From the IMG/VR virus record IMGVR_UViG_3300023256_000674, positions 1 through 29,670 of that record: DNA of 29,670 nt; one strand, written 5' to 3'. The stretch is from a virus. Taxonomy: Duplodnaviria > Caudoviricetes. The notes under the pieces were generated by a model that searched no databases, was not told where the DNA came from, and saw only the letters and a program-made list of their open reading frames with translations. Position 1 is the stretch's first letter. The number at the start of each line of letters is the position of its first letter. A program made the position numbers and the translations under genes. Positions 9,511-18,000 of this stretch are shown piece by piece.

Positions 9511-9531
9511 TAAAGCATTTTTTTATTAAAA

Positions 9532-9589
9532 ATTCATTAAAGATTTCCATTAAGGGGGAATAAAAGAAATTACTCCCCCAATAATGAAT
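9532..9589 (-). terminator. Stem-loop after the capsid gene (weak terminator or mRNA stabiliser)
   Basis: Minus strand GGGGGAGUAA-uuucuu-UUAUUCCCCC (9554-9579, 10 bp with one G.U) inside an outer AUUCAUUA/UAAUGAAU stem; the U-tract is poor. Confidence 0.5.
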
Positions 9590-9604
9590 ATATCAATCTA
9601 TTTA

Positions 9605-9699
9605 CTAAGGTATAGTATTAAGACATTTGATTGCCCTAGCTTCTACTACAGTACCAGCGATTCTCATAACAACTCTAATTGCGGTTTGGTCTTTAGTGA
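9605..9699 (-). CDS. HK97-fold major capsid protein, exon 3
   Basis: Not in the ORF track. After the intron omega-G at 9700 it reads (T)TC ACT AAA GAC.., giving F-TKDQTAIRVVMRIAGTVVEARAIKCLNTIP*, a typical HK97-family capsid C-terminus (F..D...R...R..G....A). Confidence 0.92.
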
Positions 9700-9855
9700 C
9701 TTTTCTATGTTATCGTAAGAGTTCTTTATCTCTTACTTCACTAGTTTTATATATATCTAGTGGTCGGACTATATCATCAGTTCTAACAATAAAATACAAA
9801 AAAGTAATAAACAAAAAGTTTACTACTTTATACATAACTATTTTAAATTTTTATA

Positions 9856-10548
9856 CTAAATCATTTTTTGAATAAAATATTTTATCCAATCTTTTCTATT
9901 AAAATTAGTTTTACTATGACATTTACGGCAAAGACTTATAAGATTATTCTCTTGATTATTTTTTTTATTATAATCAATATGATGAATTGGTAACTTATAT
10001 CCTAAATCCTTTTGTAATTTATTACATTCTTGGCAGGTATAATTATATCTTTTCCTAATTTTTTCTTTTAATTGATTATTAAATTCTATACCATAAGGTT
10101 CATAACTTGAACCATTATTCCAATTAGGATTATTACTACCTTTCCACAAAGGATTTTCTTTACCTTTATTCCAAGGAATTTTTCCTAACATTCCTTTAGG
10201 ATTTTGTCTTCCTTGTTTATACTGCATTTTAACTCTTGTGCTAATTTTTCTTCTTTCTTCTGGATTTGAAAATCTTTTTATAGTTCCTTGTTTAATATTT
10301 TCTATAGCTTCTGGTTTAAAGCATTTTCCATATTTTCTTTTATTATTTGAATATCTAATACTTTTTGATTTATTATCCTTATTTATTTTTTCTTTAGAAG
10401 AATTACTGCATTTAGTAGTGCAATAAAGACAAGGGTCAGAATTAAATCGTTTACCCGTAACTTCAAATTCATTTCCACAATTATTACAAATTAAGATATA
10501 TCTATACCCATTTCCAGACTTCCATTGTTTTTTTATTTTAGGTTTCAT
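9856..10548 (-). CDS. Intron-encoded HNH homing endonuclease (zinc finger, NUMOD-like region, HNH)
   Basis: CQEC..LPIHHIDYNKKNNQENNLISLCRKCHSKT; N-terminal CNNC..YCTTKC; IPWNKG. Likely start is ATG at 10548, because the ORF-track start at 10653 lies in the ribozyme core. Confidence 0.88.
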   Translation of the reverse strand: MKPKIKKQWKSGNGYRYILICNNCGNEFEVTGKRFNSDPCLYCTTKCSNSSKEKINKDNKSKSIRYSNNKRKYGKCFKPEAIENIKQGTIKRFSNPEERRKISTRVKMQYKQGRQNPKGMLGKIPWNKGKENPLWKGSNNPNWNNGSSYEPYGIEFNNQLKEKIRKRYNYTCQECNKLQKDLGYKLPIHHIDYNKKNNQENNLISLCRKCHSKTNFNRKDWIKYFIQKMI

Positions 10549-10554
10549 ATAGGT

Positions 10555-10583
10555 ATTATAGCATAATTTCAATAAAAATGCAA
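10555..10583 (-). promoter_or_regulatory. Intron-internal sigma70-type promoter for the HNH gene (probably leaderless)
   Basis: TTGCAT-17 nt-TATAAT with TGn extension; the ATG starts 7 nt after the -10 box. Confidence 0.7.
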
Positions 10584-10800
10584 TAGTAAATGTATAAAGC
10601 GTTGTGTTTGTGTATTTTATTGTCAATGAACAGTAGGATGTTCGTGGATTCATTACTGTCCTATTAGGACTCGGAATCTAGTCTCTGAACCTTCTAAGCC
10701 ATTACTGGCAAAGCTAGGCTGCTGATTGTCTTTAAATCTGACCATAACGATTTAAAGATTTTCCAGCAATTTATCCTATTTATACTGCGCTCACTCTTTA

Positions 10801-11520
10801 ACGCAGTTTCAGTATCATTAGATACCTTAACAGCCATTTGCTGTCTATCACCTAACCAATAAGCGTATTTGAAATCACCGAAGTAAATTTCATCTTCACC
10901 TAAGTTATTATCTTCAATAACTGGATGTCCGTAAATAGTAGCGGGTTGACCAACTGATAGAGGTTCTTGCCAAATATATCTGCCATTAGTATCTTTAACT
11001 TTTCTCAATTCACGAATGTTATTTCTATGAACTGTAAAAGTAGCATTATTTTGATATTTACGAGGCAATAGATATATCAAGTTGATTATATCGTCGAAGT
11101 CTAAATTACCAGCACAGGCAACAGTTTGAATACCATGAGTACCCAATGCATAACCAGCAGGTTGAGTTGTACCATTACCAGCAGTTATAACTCTGTCCTC
11201 TTCTGTTCCAAGAGCTTCAGAGAATAAATCGATGATAAGTTTAACAATATCAAACTGACTAGAAGCATCTGCGATTAATTCGTCTGATGCATACATAATT
11301 GCAGCACATTTGAAAGTGGTTAGCGTAGCTTGTCCAAAATGAGCAGTAGTTGTAGATTTTTCAACATTTTCATCAGTCCAGGTGACTTGTGGTCCTTCTA
11401 CTAATGTAGGAATATTCATAATATCTCTAGTCATAGGGATAATACGAACTAAATTCCTCATATATGGCTTTTCTTCTAAATCTCTAATAAGTTCATTTTT
11501 AAACTCATCAGGAAATAAAT
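10801..11520 (-). CDS. HK97-fold major capsid protein, exon 2
   Basis: Joined to exon 1 it reads ADGG-Y-LFPDEFKNELI (GGYLxP motif); also WTDENVEK, SDELIAD, GNGTTQPAG, KDTNGRYIWQ, TIYGHPV, IYFGDF. Confidence 0.94.
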
Positions 11521-12533
11521 CAATTATATTATCGTAATTTTTTTAATTATTACTTCTATATGTTTCCATATAGTTTAGACTATATCATTATCTATTTACA
11601 TTATTTAATATTATTTTTTCACATTCAATTAAATTTTTTATAATTTGTGTACCAGTAAATCTTATAAATTTCCAACCTTCTTTTTCAATATTGCTTTGTC
11701 TAATCTTATCTTGTTTTTTTCTTTTATTATGCCAATATTCTCCATCGCATTCTATAATAAGATTTGAATTGTTTATAACAAAATCTACACAATATCTTAA
11801 TATTTTAAAATCATATTTATACTTAATATTATTTTTTATAAGTATATTTTCTATGATTTTTTCAATATTTGTTTTTTTACCTTTGAAATATATTAATGAA
11901 TTTTTAAGGACATCTGGATTTTCTATTAATAACTTTTTTCTAGCATTGCTCATATTTAATTTAGCTTTATCAGTTTTTGGTATTCCTTTCATAGCATCTA
12001 TTCTTCTTTTTCTGATAATTGGATTTTTCCAATTCTCTTTATTTGCAATACTAATTTTTATTCTATTTTCTTTATTTTTCATTGCATTATTTTTAATAAG
12101 CTTTTTTCTAACATCTTTACGTTTAGCAGGATTTTTATTTCCTGTTATACTTGGTCTTTTTTGACCTCTTTGCTTATTAACATATTTTGCAACTCTTTCA
12201 TCAGTTTCTACAGTTAATCCTTTATTCCAAGGTATTTGTTTTTTGAATGTCATATAATTAGTAGTGTTAATTATTTTAAGGGCTAATAAATAGACACTAC
12301 CTATTTATTACTTACGTCCTAATGGAACCCATAATATTAAATTGTCAATGTAACAGATATTCGGCGCTCGTGGGATTATTATATTCTCTATTTAGAGTTT
12401 CAAATCCTAGTCGTTGCACCTTCCAAAAACATTTAATTCTTGGCTTGGCTCAGGATTGTCCTTTTCAGGAGTTTCCCTGAATTCACCGAATTTACTATAT
12501 ATGTTTACACACATATGGGGCTATATTTCCTTA
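11521..12533 (-). mobile_element. Group I intron 1 in the capsid gene (1013 nt, IA-like) with a Vsr/DUF559-type endonuclease in P8
   Basis: 5' splice site GGUGGGU|UAAGG with P1 partner UAGCCC; P10 AGGAAAUA/UAUUUCCU; P3 AUUCGGUG/CGCCGAAU; P4 UUCAGG/CCUGAG; R GCAACGACUAG; S GAUAUAGUCU; an extra P7.1-type stem; omega-G at 11521. Confidence 0.93.
11588..12253 (-). CDS. Intron-encoded putative homing endonuclease (NUMOD-like DNA-binding region plus Vsr/DUF559-like nuclease)
   Basis: YCVDFV..LIIECDGEYWH..QDKIRQ..EGWKFIRF; basic N-terminus with IPWNKG and NPAK. The stop codon overlaps the P8/J8-7 region. Confidence 0.85.
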   Translation of the reverse strand: MTFKKQIPWNKGLTVETDERVAKYVNKQRGQKRPSITGNKNPAKRKDVRKKLIKNNAMKNKENRIKISIANKENWKNPIIRKRRIDAMKGIPKTDKAKLNMSNARKKLLIENPDVLKNSLIYFKGKKTNIEKIIENILIKNNIKYKYDFKILRYCVDFVINNSNLIIECDGEYWHNKRKKQDKIRQSNIEKEGWKFIRFTGTQIIKNLIECEKIILNNVNR

Positions 12534-12867
12534 ACCCACCATCAGCAGCAACACCTTCAGCTAAAGCCTTTAAAGAAGCTTTGTCATTTTTAATAGCTGC
12601 TTGGAAAAATCCTATGATTTTTTCATTGGCAGTCATTTCACTAACATCTTTCTTCATCAATTTTTCTAAATTTAGAATACCAGCTATCTTTTTTTCAACT
12701 TTCTTTACTTTAGGAGTCTCGAGACTAGCAAGTCTTGTTTCTATATCAGAAAAACCAAGCTTTTCAATTACTTTTGTAGCAGCTTTATCAATCTTAGTTT
12801 CAAAATCTTCAATCTTTTTAACTTCTTCAACCTTTTCAACCTTTTTTACTTTTTTCTTTTTTAACAT
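12534..12867 (-). CDS. HK97-fold major capsid protein, exon 1 (charged delta/scaffold-like domain)
   Basis: Lys/Glu-rich helical N-terminus ending KALAEGVAADGG. Exons of 334+720+95 nt total 1149 nt, or 382 aa plus stop. Confidence 0.92.
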
Positions 12868-12872
12868 TATAG

Positions 12873-15047
12873 TTACTTTCTATTTAGTTTATTAAGTGCA
12901 AAATTTGAATTTTTTGCAATTGTTTTCAAAGCACGTAGTACAATGTCATTAGCTTCAACTAATTTTTGTTTAACTACTTTCTTTGGTTCTCGACCTTTAA
13001 CTTCACCATTTTCTTTAGCTTTTACTGGAGTTGGAATAGTTTTATCACCTTCTGGTGTTTCACTTAAATCCAAAAGTTTCTCCAGAGCTATGGCTGCATT
13101 ATTCAAAGCCTCAACGGCTTTTGTAATTATTATTTTATTTTTCTTAGATATAACACGTCCTACTTTTTCTTCTATATCTATTATTACTGACTTTGTAACT
13201 TCACTTGAAATACTATTAACTAATTCTCTTTGTTTTTCTATTTTATCTAAACTCTTTAATAAAGCATCACCTATTTCTATTTCATCATCTTCAACTATCA
13301 TCTTAGCAAAATCCACTAATTCTTTAATATAAGCACCAGTATATCCTTTTGTTTTATCTAATATATTCTTTAATAATTTTTTATCAATTTTTCCAGCCCA
13401 TTTATTAATCATATCTTTTCTTATTTTTCTATTAGGAGCTTTAAAATCTAATACATCATGGAAACGTCCAGGTCTATCTAATAATGCTTTTGGTAATTGT
13501 TCTGGGAAATTAGTAGTTAATACTGTTAACATACCTTTATTTTCAGATATACCATCCATTTCAGTTTTTAACAAATCAACAGCAGAGCCTTTAAGCCAAG
13601 TATCTATATCTTCTATAAACAATATGCTTGGTGCTAAATCTCTAGCTAATTTAAATGATAATGCTAATGCTTCAACTACACCAATCTTATAAAAGTCTTT
13701 AGATGATACCCAAACAAAAGTTGAATCTGCTTTATCCATCATTACTTTTCCAGACATTGTTTTTCCAGTTCCTGGTTCTCCTAAGAACAACATTCCTCTA
13801 TTAGATGATTCACTCTTATTCTTATTAAGTTGACTAACTGATTTTTTTATAGAATTTTTTATATCATCATCTAAAATAACATCATCCCAATCTTTCTTAG
13901 TATTATCTATAAACTCACCTCTTAAAGAAAACTTTTCTCCCTTTAAATAATTATTTTCTTTTACCCAATTATGTACATCTTTTAATAATCCTTTATTATA
14001 ATCCTTATCCTTAAGAGTGGTTACAATGTTTACCTTTAGTCCGAACCAAGTTGGACTAACTTTAACAGCAATTCCATCACCATCTTTATTTTCATAAAAA
14101 TTAACTCCTTCGACTAAGAAATCATCTGACTTTTTAGAGTTTAATTTAATTACTTCATAAATTGGTGGCGATTCAGTTCCATTCCATTCGAAATTTCTAG
14201 TATCTTTTAATTTAAAATCACTAAATATATTTTTTAAACTAGCAAGATAACTACCTAATAATGGACTTGGTATTAAAAAACCATTTTTAAATATTTCTTT
14301 TACTTTGCAATCTAAGAACTTTGTGAATAAACTATATTCGAAAGTTGAAGGTGGCATTTCTACACTATCTACATCAAATGCTTTAGATAATGATTTATTC
14401 CATCTTATAAACTTTTTAACTATTTTTTCTTTTGGTTTCTTTTCTTTAGATAATTTTTTAGGTTTTTTAATAGTTTCTTTTGGTTCTTCTTCTTCTTCTT
14501 TTTTTGGTAGAGCATCTGTATTAGTTTTTGAATCACCACAACAACCTTTTTCTTCAATCCATTTATTAACTTTTTCTCCTAATTCTTTTTCTTCTACTTC
14601 ATCTAAATTTTCAGCACTTTTTTCTAAACTTTTTAATGAAGTTAAAGCACTAGCATTAGCAGGAACAGCAACAGCAGATACTTCTAACAATTCATTCTTT
14701 TGTCCATCTTCCCTAGCTGGTATAAAACCAACGCTCCAAGCCTTCAATATTTGTGGTTTTGATGTAAACATTGCTTCTATATTTCTTGCTAATTCTGTAA
14801 ATTTATGAAATATTGGTTCGAATATTAATTTTTTACCTTCAACTCTCATATTTTTAGCAATACCTATAGTAAATTGTGGACGATAATCATGACCAGCTTG
14901 TAATACTGGATTCTTTTTAAAGTTTTTTAAATCCCAATCATCAACTTTTAGACTATCACCAACTCTATCAATACTTTCATCTGAAGCAATAGCAACTAAT
15001 TTACCATCTACAATTTCGGTTAATGCTTCTATGTGTTTTGTTTTCAT
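12873..15047 (-). CDS. HK97-type prohead protease fused to an AAA+ ATPase
   Basis: N-terminal ASDESIDRVGD..NPVLQAGHD..WSVGF..LLEVSAVAVPAN; Walker A GEPGTGKT, Walker B ILFIEDID, SRH TTNFPEQLPKALLDRPGRF. Confidence 0.9.
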   Translation of the reverse strand: MKTKHIEALTEIVDGKLVAIASDESIDRVGDSLKVDDWDLKNFKKNPVLQAGHDYRPQFTIGIAKNMRVEGKKLIFEPIFHKFTELARNIEAMFTSKPQILKAWSVGFIPAREDGQKNELLEVSAVAVPANASALTSLKSLEKSAENLDEVEEKELGEKVNKWIEEKGCCGDSKTNTDALPKKEEEEEPKETIKKPKKLSKEKKPKEKIVKKFIRWNKSLSKAFDVDSVEMPPSTFEYSLFTKFLDCKVKEIFKNGFLIPSPLLGSYLASLKNIFSDFKLKDTRNFEWNGTESPPIYEVIKLNSKKSDDFLVEGVNFYENKDGDGIAVKVSPTWFGLKVNIVTTLKDKDYNKGLLKDVHNWVKENNYLKGEKFSLRGEFIDNTKKDWDDVILDDDIKNSIKKSVSQLNKNKSESSNRGMLFLGEPGTGKTMSGKVMMDKADSTFVWVSSKDFYKIGVVEALALSFKLARDLAPSILFIEDIDTWLKGSAVDLLKTEMDGISENKGMLTVLTTNFPEQLPKALLDRPGRFHDVLDFKAPNRKIRKDMINKWAGKIDKKLLKNILDKTKGYTGAYIKELVDFAKMIVEDDEIEIGDALLKSLDKIEKQRELVNSISSEVTKSVIIDIEEKVGRVISKKNKIIITKAVEALNNAAIALEKLLDLSETPEGDKTIPTPVKAKENGEVKGREPKKVVKQKLVEANDIVLRALKTIAKNSNFALNKLNRK

Positions 15048-15098
15048 ATTATTAAATTAATTATTACGTCGCCTTCAGGCTTATTCTTATATATAAAA

Positions 15099-18000
15099 TT
15101 ATTTATTGCTTTTAATAGACCTACCTTCAATAAATATAGGAGCTAACTGACATCTACAATTATGCACAACAAAACCTTTTGCAATATAACTTTCATCTTC
15201 TTTAACTGAAAAATTATAAAGCATCTTAGGTTTTTTTGGTTTCCATTGTTTTGCACTATCAACAACAACATTAATTGTTCTGTATTTATCATTATGATTA
15301 GCCATAACCAACTTAACCTCATCTGCAATTGATTGTAAATTAGAATTTATTTGTTCATCTAAAAATCTTAAAACAATAAATCCATTATCTTCAATTTCTT
15401 TCTGTCTTTCTTTATCTTTTTCTATATCTTTATGCCAAAAATTACCATCACATTCTATTAAAATATTAGTATCCTTAACTCTAAAATCTGCAAAATAATA
15501 TCTATCTCTTCCAAGAGAATCTACCTCTTTTTTCTTAATAGGATATTGTGGTTCTATTTCAATATTATTTTTAGTCAAAATCCATCCAGTTTTTTCTTCT
15601 AACCAAGTTTTACCATAATTTTTTGAACCTAATGACTTTGCTGCTTTTTTTCTAATTTCAGGATTATTTAATTTAAACTCTTTAATATTTTTTCTAGCTT
15701 CTTTTAATTGTTTATAATTCCAATCTCTATCACCATTTCTCCATTGATTTTTCATACTTTTACTAATTTTTTTTGACATTAATAAACGATGTTCTTCACT
15801 TGCCCATTGTTTTTTAGTTGTAGCCTTACTACTACAAGTATGATTACAATATTTTTGAAAATAAGGTATTAATTCATTACAATATTGACAATGATTTGCT
15901 AACATTTCTAATTTATCACCTTTTTTTATCTTATTAGCTTCAACCCATTTTCCATTACATAAAATTGGATGCTCAGATGTTAATGTTAAAGATTCCTGCA
16001 TTCTTGTAGTTTTTTTATTCTTTTTATTTATTCCAAAATTAAATTTAATTGTTGTTGTATCAGGAATCTGTTTTGGTGTTCTTATTAATTTTGTAACTTT
16101 TCTAAATCTCTTTTTATGTGTTAAAACTAAATCATCTACTTTAATTTTTCCTATTTGTTTCCATCCTTTAGAAGTAAATATTGGTATTTGTGGGTCTATA
16201 AAACAATTTGTATGGAGAGGTGGGTATTCTGTTGTGTCATAATCCAATGTCATTTTTCCACCATCTGAACCAGTAATTTCAACATCTTTATCAAAAAATG
16301 ATGAACCAAGTGGTACAATTGCACCAGTCATTGGAGCACAAAATTGACAAGCATCTGGTTCTACATTCCATTCTTTTGCTTCAACTACACCAGATTCTAC
16401 AAATGCTCGTTCTGTAGCAGCAGAATTATATCTAACAGTTTCAGTTCTTGCTATTGCTTCAGCTCTACTTTTATTAGCAACATCAAATATATTATTTATT
16501 CTTTTTCCAATTTGTGGTATAGACTCATTATTTTTTAATCCTTCAGCTACTTGATTTTTAATAGCAATATTAGTTGTCTTAGTTACGGAATTTGAAAACT
16601 TTCTTGTTTCAGCTTTAAGTAATGTTTGTACTTCTTCAGTTGAAGTATCCATAACCATATCAACACCTAAAAATGTAAATGTTTCATCAGCACTTTCTTT
16701 AAATAACTCTTCAAGTACTGGCATAACCACAGCTATTGTTATTGCCGCTTCTTCTACTTTATTCAATTGTAAACCTGATATATCTACACTAGCCTTAATT
16801 GCTTTTTTCTTGTTTAAATTTTTAAGAACTTTTTTTCTTTGTTGTTCAAATACTTTTTTTTGTTTATCACGTACTGGCTTTATAAATTGTCTTGATAAAG
16901 CATCTTTTACTTTCCAAAAATGTATTTTTTTATTATCAGACCATCTAATGATTTTCTTTTTCACATTATATATTTCTTTTTTAAGCATTTCCTTTACCTT
17001 TTCTTTCATTTCATTTTTAGATTTTTTAATCCTTTTTGCTTTCTCTTTATGTCCTGGATTTCTAGCATTTAATCTTTTTATTCTTATATTTGATATAATA
17101 TTTTTATCTTTTTTACCTTTAACTTTTAATTCTACAAATTTAACAGACTCATGTGCCATACCCATATCACTATCAATTGGTATAAGATTAAATGGTTTAT
17201 AAATTGAATCTCCTCCTTCGACTGGTGGCAATCCTTCTGCTAAACGAACTTCATTTGTAGTAAGCCATTTATCAATACCTTCTGTATAATTTTTTAATTT
17301 TACTTCTTCATCTTCTGGTATTGGATTAGTAAAATCTAAAAACATTTCTTCAGAACCAGTAAACATTGGAACATAAAACTCATTTAATTGTTCTATAATT
17401 CTTTCCATCTTTGGTTGAATAGTCCAACGTGCAAAAATATAATTAGCAGCTTTTGCCGAATTTCCACTCGCAGTTATTTTGCCATTACGTCTTGTAATAA
17501 AAATATGATTAGGAACTTCAAAACACCAAACCTTACCACTATAATTTATTTCTTCTTTACAATCTCTTAATTGATGTTCTTTTCTATTACTTATATTAAC
17601 AACATATAATATTTTTCTATTTTCACGAGTATCGTGATGAACCTTTATAGAAACTGAATAACCAAGTTTTAATGCAATTTCTTGTACATCATCAGCTAAT
17701 TGAATTGATGTTGTCGCATAACATCCACTATTTCTATCTTCTCTTTTATCCCAACTACCATCACCCAACATTAAAGCATCAAATAATATTCTTAATTGTC
17801 TTTTGTTTAATTTTTTAAATTGTAATGGAATTTTTTTTATATCACATCCATCTCCACAATTTTCTCTAAACCAACTATTAACTGCTTTCCCATAAACATT
17901 CCAATATGTAGCACCACTTTCAATTTTATATTCAGTATGAGAAAAACCAGTTTTCTTTAAACAATTTCTCATTTTAGAAATATTTTCTTCACTTTTTTTC

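Larger units (their letters stand above)
9700..10800 (-). mobile_element. Group I intron 2 in the capsid gene (1101 nt, IA-like) with an HNH endonuclease in P8
   Basis: 5' splice site after U in ACUGCGU, with P1 partner GCGCAGU (U.G at the splice site). P10 AGUGA/UCACU; P4 UUGCUG/CAGCAG; R GUUCAGAGACUAG; S GAUAUAGUCC; P3 UAGGAU/AUCCUA; terminal G. Splicing restores the frame. Confidence 0.93.

Noticed and set aside
10694-11461. ORF-track 255-aa protein as a complete capsid protein
   Set aside because: It starts inside exon 2 and its last ~36 aa are read-through into intron 2.
10620-12350. TTGACA at the start of P8 in both introns as -35 boxes
   Set aside because: No -10 box at suitable spacing; the sequence lies in or next to P8 pairing.
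15065-15082. Small GCC-TGAA-GGC hairpin between portal and protease genes
   Set aside because: Only 3-4 bp and no U-tract; too weak to call.
15143-15328. 61-aa minus-strand ORF inside the portal-MuF gene
   Set aside because: An alternative-frame overlap with no motif or start context.
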